Shown here one piece after another: positions 45,638 through 61,461 of a stretch of DNA of 64,000 nucleotides (the stretch's first letter is position 1; the number at the start of each line of letters is the position of its first letter). The DNA comes from the human T2T-CHM13v2.0 reference genome, Homo sapiens: the NCBI RefSeq assembly GCF_009914755.1, contig NC_060927.1. One strand, given 5' to 3'. The notes beneath the pieces were generated by a model. That model had not been told where the DNA came from, did no database searches, and worked only from the letters and a program-made list of their open reading frames with translations. The translations under genes were made by a program, and so were the position numbers.

Positions 45638-47212
45638 TTCCTGCCTTCTTATATTAATAAGAAAAATAAAACAAAATAGTGTTGAAGTGTTGGGGTGGCG
45701 AAAATTTTTTGGGGGGTGGTATGGAGAGAGAACGGGCGATGTTTCTCAGGGCTGCTTCAAGCGGGATTGGGGCGGCGTGGGAACCTAGAGTGGGAGAGAT
45801 TAAGCTGAAGGGAGGTCTTGTGGTAAGGGGTGATATTGTGGGGATGTTAGAAGAAACATTTGTCGTATAGAATGATTGATGATGGCCTGGATACGGTTTT
45901 GTATGAATTGAAAAACTAAATGGAATAACAGAAGGAGAAAAACAGGTATAAAAGGTCTAAGAATTGGGACGACTCAGGATGTCTGATTAGAGAGTGCTTA
46001 AGGTGATTTGGCATAGTCCTGCCAGCAAAGATTATTTATTTACTTCAAGAGTTAAGAGTGGCAGTTTGGGGATAGCATCAGGAGATATCAGCTGTGATGG
46101 CTTGGAAAAACAGTGTAAACTGGCAGTGTAAACAAGAGTAGGGCATGTATGAGTAGTTGAGAATGGTGAATAGCAGTATGACTAGACAGAAAATAGTAGG
46201 GATGACAATTTTTTTTTTTTTTTTTTTTTTTTTTAGTCACAGTCTAAGTTGGTCTGGTGTCTGTAATGAGACTGGGGCCTAATAAAAAGGAGCGTCCATA
46301 CAGGACCTTAAATGGGCTGTACCCTGTAGCATTCCGAGGACAGGCCTGCATTCTGAGAAGGGAAAGTGGTAAAAGTATTGTCCAGTCCTTTTTAAGTTGG
46401 TGGCTGAGTTTGGTGAGGTGTGTTTTTAAAAGACCTTTAGTCTATTCTACTTTTCTTGAAGATGGAGGACCATAAGGGATATAAAGGTTTCACTGAATAC
46501 TAAGAGCCTGAAAAACTGCTTGGCTGATTTGACTAATAAAGGCTCGTCTGTTATCAGACTGTATTGAGGTGGGAAGGCTAAACTGAAGAATTATGTCTGA
46601 CAGAACGGAAGAAATGACTGCGGTGGCCTTCTCAGACCCTGTAGGAAAGGCCTCTACTTACTTTGAGGGCCTCTAAAAGTATTAAAGCAGCGGCAGCCAC
46701 TGCACGCAGACATGAGGGCTAGGCTAAAACAGTAAGGTCAAGTTGTTTGGACAGAAAGGCTACAGGGTGTGGTCCTGGCTCTTGTGTAAAAATTCTGACA
46801 GCGCTAACCATGCCTAGGAAGGAAAGGAGTTGTTTTGTAGAAGGTGCTTGGGTTTGAGAGATCAGTCGGACACGATTGGCAGGGAGAGCACGTGTGTTTT
46901 TATGAGAATTATGCCGAGATAGGTAACAGATGAGGAAGAAATTTGGGCTTGATTGAAGTAATGGGGGCTGGCTGTGAAGCTTTGCGGCAGTACAGCCCAG
47001 GTAATTTGCTGAGCTTGACGGGTGTCAGGGTCAGTCCAAGTGAAAGCGAAGAGAGGCTGGGATGAAGGGTGCAAAGGAATAGTAAAGAAAGCATGTTTGA
47101 GATCTAGAACAGAATAATGGGTTGTAGAGGCAGGTATTGAAGATAGGAGAGTATCTGGGTTTGGCACCACGGGGTGTATAGGCGAAACAATTTGGTTGAT
47201 AAGGCGCAGATC
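45638..47212 (-). mobile_element. HERV-H internal region (common deleted pol/env form), 5'-truncated within pol
   Basis: Contiguous with the PPT and LTR7, carries a retroviral RT remnant, ends abruptly at ~47212 with no gag, PBS or 5' LTR. Confidence 0.93.
46862..47170 (-). pseudogene. HERV-H pol (reverse transcriptase) remnant
   Basis: VPNPDTLLSSIP...YSVLDLKHAFFTIPLHPSSQPLFAFTW...WAVLPQSF: gammaretroviral RT motifs with altered LDLKDAFF and LPQGF. The YxDD segment is absent. Confidence 0.9.
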
Positions 47213-49020
47213 AGATTGTCTACTAGGTAGGGTGCTCGTACTCAGTCCTTTTCTTTGGGTCTGCTTCTAGAGGGACCCAGACTAAGATAACTGAGTTAGT
47301 TTCTACAAAACTTTCTTTTTTTAAATTTCATCATAAATAGCATACCTTTAAAGAATGTCCTTGTCTCCAGTCTAAAGTAGCAACTTAATTATGCTCTAAT
47401 ATCAGTATATTTTAATCTCTACATATCAATTACTATTATGCTTTTTTCTTGCTTGTGTATCTGTTCATTTTCTTACTTTCCAGTAGACAAGAGCTCTGGG
47501 GGAAGGAAAGGCCTTTTTTTTTTTTTAAATTATTGTTTACTGTGGAAGCACCACAGAAATAATAAAGTCCATGGAACACTGGGGACTTAATATATGTATT
47601 GAGAATTAAGTATCAACTGTCAGTTCTCAGATTTAGTCAACTTCTGTTTTTGTTTGTTTTGGTTTTTGTCAAACAGTTTTGAAAAAGAAATTGCACAAAG
47701 CATTGCTTATTTAGAGGCATGTTTTCAAATGGATATTTTTGGTTTGCTTTTTAACTTTCAATTATGTATCTTTGAATGGCTTTCCTAAAAGTGGGACACA
47801 TTTGTTTGAGCGTATTGATACTTAGCTACCTAGAATGATAAAAATAATATATAAAAATTACATTTTAGAAATTACCTAATTATTTTTCTTACATATTCTT
47901 ATAAAATCATAAAAATAATATGAAGCTTATTTCTACTTTATAGGTCAGAAAATAGAGGCTTTGCTAACAATAACAAATGTCAGTAAAATCCAAAACTGCT
48001 GTTTTAAAAAGATCAATACATTTGGAAAACTGCTAGTCAGATTAATCAAGAGAAAAAGAAAGAACATCCAAATTCTTATCAGAAATAAAGAGGGCTCATC
48101 ACTATTGATCCCATGGATACTAAAAGGGTAATAAAGGAATATTATGAATATTATGAACATCACTCTGACCGCAAACTTGACAATTTAGATACAATGTACC
48201 AATTCTTGCAAGACACAAACTACCAAAACTCATATAAGGAAAAACAGGCAATCTTGATAGGCCTATATTTATAAAAGAAATTAAATCAATAATTAGTAAT
48301 CTTTTAAAAGAAGAACCAGGTCAAGATGGTTTTATTGGAGATTTCTATTAAATATTTTAAAAAGCAATGATACAAATTGTCTACAATCTCTTCTAGAAAA
48401 AGAAAGCAAAGAAGAAGAAACAGAACAACAACAAAGACAGCCCTAATCTATCTATAATTACATCAAATGTGAATGGCCTAAATATGTTAATTAAAAGATA
48501 GGGATTGGCAGAAAACTCACATGATCATATCAGTTTATGTAGGAAAAGCATTTTATAAAATTCAGTACCAATTCATGACTGAAAACTCTTTGAAAACTAT
48601 GACTAGAATGGAATTTTCTCAAATTTTTAAAAAGAATATTTACAAATACCTACAGCTAACACATTATACTTAAGGATCAAAGAGTAAATGTTTACTCACT
48701 GACACTAAGAACAAGGCAAGGAGGTGTACTGTCACCACTGCTCTCCAACATAGTACTGAGTTCTAGCCAATGCAATAAGACAAGGAAATAAAGAGATGCA
48801 AATTGGAATGAAAGAAATTAAATTATTTCTTTGTGAAATTGGTATGATAGTCAACTTAGAAAATCCTAAATAATCTTAAAAAATAAAAACTTCTAGAAAT
48901 AATAAATGATTATAGCAAAGTTGCAGGATATAAAGTCAACCTACAAAATCAGTTGCACTGTTATATATTAGTAACGAGCACCTGGAAAGAAGAATTAAAT
49001 TAAAATTATAATATGATTTA

Positions 49021-49189
49021 TATTATCTCAAGAAATGCACACTTAGATGCAAATTTAACAAAACAAGCATAATAATACTTCATTATACCTGGGTATTAGT
49101 TCTGTAATATCCCAAGAAATGCACACTTAGATGCAAATTTAACAAAACAAGCATAATAATACTTCATTATACCTGGGGTATTAGTTCCA
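49021..49189. repeat. 84-bp tandem duplication (2 copies)
   Basis: The ~74-bp core CAAGAAATGCACACTTAGATGCAAATTTAACAAAACAAGCATAATAATACTTCATTATACCTGGG(G)TATTAGTTC starts at both 49029 and 49113. Confidence 0.95.
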
Positions 49190-49472
49190 GGACTCCTGAG
49201 TGGATACCCAAATCCATGAATGCTCACATCACTTATATAAAATTATGTAATATTTGCATATAATCTATATACTTGCTCTTCTATGCTTTTAACTATCTCT
49301 ACATTATTTGTAATACTTCATATAATCTAAATGCTATGGAAATACTTGCTATAGTGTATTTTTATATTTGTATTCTATTTTATTTTTGTATTAAATTATT
49401 TTTTCAATTATTTTTGAACCACAGTTGGTTGAATCAGTAGATGTAAAACCTGCAGATATAAAGGACTGACTG
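49154..49472 (+). mobile_element. MER2 (Tigger-family) DNA transposon
   Basis: GTTCCAGGACTCC...GGATACCCAAATCCATGAATGCTCA...TATTTGCATATAA...GTTGGTTGAATC...GACTGACTG followed by TA. Confidence 0.88.
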
Positions 49473-49962
49473 TACAGCACTTGCATAATGAAAACTACAA
49501 AATACTAATGAAAGAAATAAAAGATGATTATCTAAATAAATGGAAAGCTCTACCATGTTTGTGATTGAAAACTCAACATTTTAAAAATGTCAATTCTCCC
49601 TAAATTGATATAGAAGTGTAATGCAGGCAAAATCTCAGGAAGCCATTTTGTAGATATAGACAGATTATTGTTAAAATTTATCTGAAAAGGCAATGAAACT
49701 CGAAAAGCTAAAACAATTCTGAAAAAGACCAATACAAATCACTCTATTCAATTTTAAGACATTATTATATAACTCTGGTAATCAAAATCTTATGGTGTTG
49801 TTCGAACAATAGGGAAGTAGATCAATGAAGCAGAAAAGAGAAGCCAGAAATATCTCCATACATATACAGTTAACTCATTTTTGACAAAGTTGCAAAGGTC
49901 ATTCAATGAAGGAAGGATAGTCTTTTCAACAAATGGTGCTGGAGTAACTGGATATTTAATGG

Positions 49963-49963
49963 C

Positions 49964-49998
<35 letters not shown>

Positions 49999-50003
49999 AC
50001 AAA
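49963..50003. repeat. (CAA)n trinucleotide microsatellite (~12 units)
   Basis: Read directly from the sequence. Confidence 0.95.
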
Positions 50004-50636
50004 CCTTGATCTAAACTTCACGTTATACAAACTAACTAGAAATTGATCATAGACTCAAAATATAAAAGTATAAAATTTTAGAAGATAACGTAGGAGGAAA
50101 TCTTAAAGACCTAGGCATGAGGAAGAGTTCTTATACATAAAATCCAAGCACAGTCTATACAAGGAAAAACTGATAAGTTGGACCACATTATAATTAAAAT
50201 CTTTCACTCTGAAAAATATTTTATAAGAGGAGGAAAACACAAACTATTTAAGACTAGGATAAAAATTTGCAATTCAGATATCTGATAAAGGACTTGTATC
50301 TAGAATACATAAAGAAGTCTAATAACTCAACATTAAAAAACAAAACAATCCATCTAGAAAATGGGCAAAATGCAGGAGGAAACAATAAACTTATAGGGAT
50401 ATATGGATGGCAAATTAGCATATGAAGAAAGGTTCAGCATCACTAGCCATTAGGAAAATGCAAACTAAAACTGTAATGAGTTATTGCTATACACTTATTA
50501 AAACAACTAAAAAGTAGTAACAATAGTAAATGTAAGAAAGTTGCTGAGGGAATGGATTATTCATACATTTCTGGTGGTAATTTAAAATGATACAGCCACT
50601 CTGAAAAATAGTTTGGCAGTTTTTTATAAAACTAAA

Positions 50637-50833
50637 TAGCAGAAAAATAAAACACAAACACAAGGAAACTTTTGGAAATGATGGATATGTTTATTTATTG
50701 GGTTGTGGTGATGGTATCAGGCATATTTGCATATGTCCAAACTTATCAAATTATATACATTAAACCTGTGTAGCTTTTTGGCATACAATTATACTTCAAT
50801 AAAGCAGATTAAAATGACAATAACAACAATAAC
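50637..50833 (+). mobile_element. Short 5'-truncated L1MA10/L1MB-like 3' end nested in the older L1
   Basis: GGAAACTTTTGGAAATGATGGATATG...ATACTTCAATAAAGC, A-rich tail, 9-bp TSD AAAACTAAA (50628-50636 and 50834-50842). Confidence 0.8.
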
Positions 50834-51725
50834 AAAACTAAACATGCAAACATACCATATGACCAGCACGATTGCACTCCTGGGCATTTATGCCAAAGAA
50901 ATAAACACTTATGCTTGCATAAAGATGTATATATGTTTATTCACATCAGCTGTATTAATAGCCCCAAACTGAAAATAATACAAACATCCCTCAATAGATG
51001 AGTGTTTAAACAAACACTCATCTGTTACATCTGTAACATGGAATACTGCTTAGCAATGTAAAGGAATAAACTCTTGGTACATACAAAACAAATAGATCTC
51101 AAAAGGTCTCATACTGTATTGTTTTATTTATATAATATTTTGGAAATGACAACATTTCAGAGATGGAAAAGAGATTAGGGGTTTTCAGCAGTTAAGGATG
51201 GTAGGGAGGTGGGTGTAGGTGTGATTATAAAGGGGAACATATGGGCGGTGTTTTTGGTGATGGGACAGCTCTGAATCTGGATTGTGGTGGTGATTACATG
51301 AATATACACACACAAAATGACATAGTACTATACACACACATGCCAATGTAAAATTTCTAGTTTTTAATATTAGTATAATTATATAAGATGGAACTATTTG
51401 TAAAATGAAGGAAAGGTACATAGAGCCTCTCAACCATCTTTGCAACTGCCTGTGAATCATAATAACTTCAAAATAATTTTAAAGTGTTTCAGTTTGTTTA
51501 GTAACTGTTTCATAAGAGTCTTCTTCAAAGAGTTAATATCAGTGTTTCAAGTAAGTTGAAACTGGATATTCTAAAGATGAGTAACTAGTAAGAAACATTA
51601 TTTTTAGTTTTAACATTTAAATGTTAACATTCTACATTTCATAGGTAAATATTTGTTTGCATGCGTTTGTGTGAACAAAATTCCTAGCCTTTGCTAAGCT
51701 TATAGTTATATCGTGTCATAAAGAG

Positions 51726-52022
51726 TTTTTTTTTTTTTTTAAATACAGAGTCTTGCCCTGTCACCGAGACTGGAGTGCAGTGGCTCAACTATAGCTCACT
51801 GCAGTCTCAACATCCTGGGCTCAAGCAACCCTCCCACATCAGCCTTCCGAGTAGCTACAGCTACAAGTATGCACCACCATGCTTGGCTAACTTTTTTATT
51901 TTTTGTAGAGACTAGGTCTCACTTTGTTGCCTAGGCTGATCTCAAACTCTTGGCCTCAAGTGATTCCCCCACTTGGTCTCCCAAAGCTTTGGGATTACAG
52001 GCATGAGTCACCACACCCCACC
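51726..52022 (-). mobile_element. AluJ
   Basis: T15 tail and J-type ATAGCTCACTGCAG, GGGCTCAAGCAA, TGTTGCCTAGGCTG. Confidence 0.94.
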
Positions 52023-53689
52023 ATGTGTTCTTTTATCTATTAATAGTAATGTGAGTGCCTGCAGTTTCATATACAGACATTCACATTTGCACAGCCGTTA
52101 CAAGTAGATGGCAATTAGATAATGATATAGTACATCTATGGTTTCATTTAATTATGCAAATAGAAATAAGTTTAGATACATAAAATATTCCTTCAAGAAA
52201 TCTGTAAATTTCTACAATAACACTCACATATATTAAGTAGAATTATTTTTTATATATTCATTTTATTTTTAAATTTTTAATTATGATTATATAACAAAAT
52301 TTATAATTCTAAACATTTTTAAGTTGTGGTTTGGAATTAATGCTTTTAAATTATTTTTATTTTATTGTGTTTAACATTAACCTGAAGAAGTGCCAGAAAG
52401 TATATCAGATTCAGCAATCTGAAATAGATTTCATAATATCTCTCTAGAATTAAAGAATTTTTAAAGGTGCCTAAAGGTATAAAAGATAAAAAGAAGATGG
52501 GGAGAGATTTTTCTGGAGATAGAGCCAATTTGTTATTGTCCTAAGAAGAATTTGCATAAATTCAAAAGACAAATAGATTAGATAAGAAACAGGAGGACTT
52601 AGGAAATAAAACAAAACAATGACCATTAGTAGAAAGCATTGACCTGCTGCTTGCTCACCCTAGCAAATTTTACGGCCTTAAATTACTGTGCAATTTGCAA
52701 AACAAAAACCATACTTTATTCATAAATATAATTAGTCAATTTAAAGTGTTTAAGGAGTACTATTTCATATATATAAATGTTTGCTGGCTATTTTTAAAAA
52801 TATAATGATTTTTTCCCCTCATTCTTTCTTTGTTGTTGCTAAACATCACTCTTTAGATAGATTTCACTTATGAGGGCTGGAAAAAAACAGGGCAGTAAGG
52901 TAATTCAATCAATCTACCAGTTTCCTTTGAAATTTGGTTCCCATGTAGTTGTTTATCTCAGGGATTAACACGTTAACTTTGAATATGTGACACTAGCTTT
53001 CATCTAGATGGTGATCAAACTATAGTAATGTTCGAAGACAAAAGAAGTTGTACTCCAGGAACAGACTTCAAAGTGTCTTCCTCTGCTGGCATCCTTTGCT
53101 TATTCTAGTGCTCATTTCCTTTCTCTTAACTACACATCAACCGAGCAAAACATAATTTGGTAAGGCAGCCTGAAGGCTAATGTAAAGACAAGGAAAATAA
53201 AAACTTGTAATCTGCTAAGCTTTGTTTATTCAGTTTGGGAATTATTCATACTAATTACTTTCTTCTTTCGTCCATCCTTAAGATGCCTTCTGACCATTAA
53301 AGAGCTCTGAAGTATAACTCAGAATGGATTTCTTTGCTTCCTATTAGTAGCTGCAAAATTATGGAATTGCTGGCTAACAAACCATCCAAAACATAGTGGT
53401 ATTGTCTGAATATTTCAGTTGAAACTGAAGAACGTACCCCATTCAAAAAAGAAGAGTTCAGCTTAAAGAGAACCACAGGAACATTATAGATAAATTAGAA
53501 GTTAATAGCTCTGATTTCACACGTAAGAATTTGAGAAGCCAGGTTTTTTCAGATTAGAATCTCAGCTAGGAAATTTTAAATTCTAATCTGGATTTTAGTA
53601 ACCAGAGGAATGTGATTAGAGGACATTGATATTAGATATTTTTTTAATTTATGAAACAGCAACTTACATTTCAAGGTTTAATTTACTAG

Positions 53690-53860
53690 ATTGTTTCAAG
53701 TAACATTATTAAATCTTATTTTAACAGCAATTCTGGGTCATTACACATTATTATTTCTGTTTTCTCAAGAGAAAACTGAACGTCAGGAAAATTGATTTGT
53801 CCCCAAGTCATATAACTAGAGACCTCAGCCCCTGTTGTTTTGACTCTTAATTCAGTGCTC
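53690..53860 (-). mobile_element. MIR fragment
   Basis: GAGAAAACTGAA...GATTTGTCCCCAAGTCATATAACTAG...TGACTCTTAATTCAGTGCTC. Confidence 0.7.
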
Positions 53861-54099
53861 CTTTAATTAAAATATGGTTGTCTCATATTTAGTATTCATT
53901 AAATCAGAATATCAGTTTCCCTTTTAATAAATATATATTGAAACCAACTTTGAGGCTGATCCATGACTTCTGCACATCCACACAAAGTAAGTAAGTCTCA
54001 ATATCCCCTTTCTTTAGGTTTTCTTAATAATTTGTTCACATAGCTATTACAGCAGATGCTTATCACTTCATTTTATTGTTAATTTTGTATATGTTTCCC

Positions 54100-54198
54100 T
54101 CCTTCAGTAAGGAAAGGAGCTTTGCATTGCTTATCATTGTGGCAATGCCTAGCATAGTGCTTGAGCCATACTAGGTTCAAGACGAATATTTGCTGAAC
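54100..54198 (+). mobile_element. L2 3' end fragment
   Basis: ATGCCTAGCATAGTGCTTGAGCCATACTAGGTTCAAGACGAATATTTGCTGAA. Confidence 0.7.
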
Positions 54199-55195
54199 TT
54201 CATTTTCCGTAACTACACAGTTATCATTAAACTCAGATTGACTCATAAAGTTACCATTAATCATCAAAGACCAATGAAATTCAGAGTGTAATCCTGATCA
54301 AGGCAAGAAAGTTGGATAATTTAGAATTACTTGCAGCAGTCAATATTATGTAATGCTCGCTAATCCCCGAAGTATTTGCTACTTTTAAGGTTAAACTTAA
54401 ATTAACCAAAACTACAAATTATCCATCTCTGGTCATTACAGTTCAGTAAGTTTTCTTATTTTGAAAGGTTTTAGCACATGAAAATAGATCATTTGATTGA
54501 GGGACTAAGTCAGCTTGTTAAATTGACTTCTCAAGGATGAAGTTGTTGGCCTTCTGAGTATTGCTGGCAAGAGGTCCCTAACCTTTAGAGTAACAAACTG
54601 AAGTGTGGTAAAATACCAAATCTATGTTAATGAATCAGCACATCAGTTCTGAGTATCTCCAACTTTAACCTCACACAAGGTTAAAAAACGTTGAGAAGAA
54701 AAAGAAGTGATGATAAGGAAGGAAAGGTGATAGGAAGAAGCCAGAATCATAAAGTTATAAAGAATAAGAGAACTTGGACAGCATCTAGTTCATCCCTACA
54801 ATGTTAGGGATGTCCAGTCCTCTTTCATCTCCTTTCACCTGGAAATCCCCAACTTAGAGTCCATCGGGATGTATTGTCTGTCTTCAGAGTTTAAAACTCA
54901 AGTCTCCATCCATAACAGCTAGGAGAACTGACAGAAGGCAGTTCTGAAATTTGGAATGAATGAGGCTCCCTCTCAGAAGGTGGCCCAGATGACCAGACAC
55001 AGAGATTGTGGAATAATGGTAACAGATTGGCAACTGGCCAAAGCAGTCTGCATCTGGATTGGTGCTGGCTGGATCGTCTATTCCAGGAGCTGGAATAGGG
55101 CACAGTGCCCATTTTGGCAGCCAGTTTCTGGGCTAGCTCAATCTGATATAGAGACAGAATGGTGATGAGTTCAGGCATTGTTCCTCTGCGGATGC

Positions 55196-55682
55196 GAAAT
55201 CCAGCCTAGTTTCCTTTTTCTAACTAACTTCTCCTTTTAGGGTTCCGCCATCTCTACTCTTAAGTACCTGATGGCAAAATATCATCTTCTTTCTTAGAAA
55301 GCACAAATGAAAAGACAAAATTACCTTGTATTTATTTAAATTTTTTATTGGTTTACAATAGTTGTTCATATTTTGGGGGTCAAATAATATTTAACACCTG
55401 TATACAATGTGTAATGATAAAATCAGGGTAATTGGTATTTTCATCACTTCAAACATTTATCTTTTCTTTGTGATGGCAACATTGCAAATCTCTTCTAGCT
55501 ATTTTGAATTATATAATAAATTGGTATTAACTATAATTTTCCTACTGTACAATTGAATTCAACCCTAGTTTCCTTTCTTTCAAGTTCCCCCTTTAGGGTT
55601 CCACTATCTCTACTTTTAAATAATTGATGCTAAACTATCATGTTCCTTCTCAAAAAAGAAAAAACAAACAAAATTACCTTTT
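55196..55682. repeat. ~130-bp diverged direct repeat (55196-55327 and 55555-55682) flanking an L1MA fragment
   Basis: Ordered shared blocks CCTAGTTTCCTTT, TTTAGGGTTCC, ATCTCTACT, TGATG, TATCAT and ACAAAATTACCTT occur in both copies. Confidence 0.9.
55328..55557 (-). mobile_element. Short 5'-truncated L1MA (L1MA4/5-like) 3' end
   Basis: T-rich tail, then TATACAATGTGTAATGATAAAATCAGGGTAATTGG...TCTTCTAGCTATTTTGAA. Confidence 0.88.
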
Positions 55683-57594
55683 GAAGAACTCAATATTCAT
55701 GACCCCAAAAGTTTGGGGGAGGGAGATTGGCTGGTAGCTCACTTGACATTTTCTCTGTTTCTCAGCTTAACACAGAAGCTAATTATTTCCCATTCTCTCT
55801 CCCATGGAGCTCAATTGCCTTGACGAGGTTCTTATCAAAGAAATACCAAAGAATTTTCTAAAAATATATTTTATTTTACACTATAGCACAAAGAGAAAAA
55901 TGCATAAAACATACGTATATATATTAATGAATTATTATATATCAAACACTCATGTATCATGACAGAGTTCAAAATAACAGAATATGTTCTGTACCCCAGA
56001 AGGCCTCTCAGTACTCTTCATAATCACAGTTTTACTGTTTAAATTGCCTCTTTCAAAACTAGCAAATGCCGTCAAAAGGAAGTCAGGCCCCCATCTAAAG
56101 TAAACAATTCCTCACCACCATGTGACAGTGCTCAGATGTCTTCAAGGAGATGTTACTGGTCCAGTTTTTAAATTGCCTGCAATGAGAAAATCAGTTCAAA
56201 TAATCTAGTACTCTGTTATTAAAATAAAACTCACACAAGTCTCTTCTTAGTATTTGATCTTTTTGTGGCTCACAGTTATTCTTTCTCCCAAAGATAATCA
56301 GAATGTCTCTTTGACACGTGTTTTGCTAAGGCAGTAACAATAACACATATTTTAGTCTATGACAGGGCTTTCTATCACCTGAATAAGAGAAAATTAATGT
56401 CCAGAGAGATGTGGTAAAGTGACTGTTTTTATAGAACTCATATTTCCTGATTCCTGAGGACTTCATAACTCTGTAAAAATCAATCAGAGTTTGAAAAGTA
56501 AGATTAAATTTGCTGAAATAATTTAAATGGCGTTCTTTGACTTGCCCCAAATCTGGCTTTGTGGAAATGTCCAAATGTACAGTTAGCCAGGCATATCCAA
56601 AATTTCTGTATTCTATTTCCTATTTGTGATAGAAATCTAGAACAGTATTAGGATAGGACAAAAGATAAAAGGCTTTGGGTTATCTGGGGTTCTCCTAGAT
56701 GAGGTTCTAAAGAGTGACGCTCTGATTATTTTGCGGGAGAAAAAAGAAAACAGTGCTTCTTCTTAGTGCTTCCACTAGTCCTAAACTTAGGGAGTTTACA
56801 AAACTGGCGATTTTTTTCTGAGTAGGCTGCTGAACTCTGTAAAGGTACTATAGAAAAAGCTTCACTAAGCTTAATATTGAACTGCGGGTAATACTGGATG
56901 CCCCTCCATCTTCTTCCCGAACTTTGAAAGGAGAGAAGAGGAAATTAGTTCCAATTCTATTAAGAAATTTTGCATTGCAATTTTGAGGTGAAGCAATATG
57001 TGCATGAAAAGTTGTAAAATGTACCTTTACAATTTAAGTTTATACAGTGTTTTCTTTCTGCTTGCCCATTTTTGGATCTTCTTCTTTCTTCTTCCTTCTT
57101 TCTTCCTCCTCCTCCCCGTCCCGCTCATCCTTCCCCTGAAGGGAAATGTTTCAAGGAACTGATAGGGCTAACAGGGTCATTTACACCTTGCTGGTTCCAA
57201 AGCCATATTTTCTAACAACTGAAATTAAGTAACATGTGGGATAATTGGTTAATACTTTCTAAGTTTTTAATTACTTTTGTCTTATTTGTAGAGGTTTCTC
57301 TTTCATTTTTAACTTATTTGTAGCTGTCATTACTCTGTATTGTTTTATTGTGTAGAGGTGGAATAGTCTAAATATCTGTTGAAAGGGAATTTCAACAACC
57401 TGAATGTCCACTCATTCACTCGATGATTAAATAAATTAGGATAGATCATAAAGCAGTAACAATGATAAGAATTTGTATACACAAATGTGATCAATTTATA
57501 TATAAATCATATCATATTCACATTATAAATGTTCCATAGGTAAGCATATATACATATATGCTTAGATATATGTAGATATAAATATATATAAATT

Positions 57595-57610
57595 TATACA
57601 TATAACTTTT
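57595..57610. repeat. Left target-site duplication of the L1HS
   Basis: TATACATATAACTTTT, identical to 61428-61443. Confidence 0.95.

Positions 57611-61461
<3,851 letters not shown>

Larger units (their letters stand above)
44800..47290 (+). mobile_element. LTR16C-like LTR interrupted by HERV-H (pieces ~44800-45184 and ~47213-47290)
   Basis: AACCCTCAATCAAGAACTGA...TATAAATACACC...CTCCCAGAGTT...GTAACTTGCT on the left; GGGTCTGCTTCTAGAGGGACCCAGACTAAGATA on the right. Confidence 0.65.
47940..51480 (+). mobile_element. L1MD-like LINE-1: ORF2 remnant plus 3' UTR
   Basis: Collinear ORF2 remnants (CCAGGTCAAGATGGTTTTATTGGAGA; TTTTCAACAAATGGTGCTGG) and a 3' UTR ending TTTGCAACTGCCTGTGAATC...CAAAATAA. 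Confidence 0.85.

Noticed and set aside
45185-47212. HERV-H as an L1-mobilised processed retrocopy
   Set aside because: The LTR keeps its full U5 and has no poly(A) tail after R, which indicates proviral integration followed by deletion.
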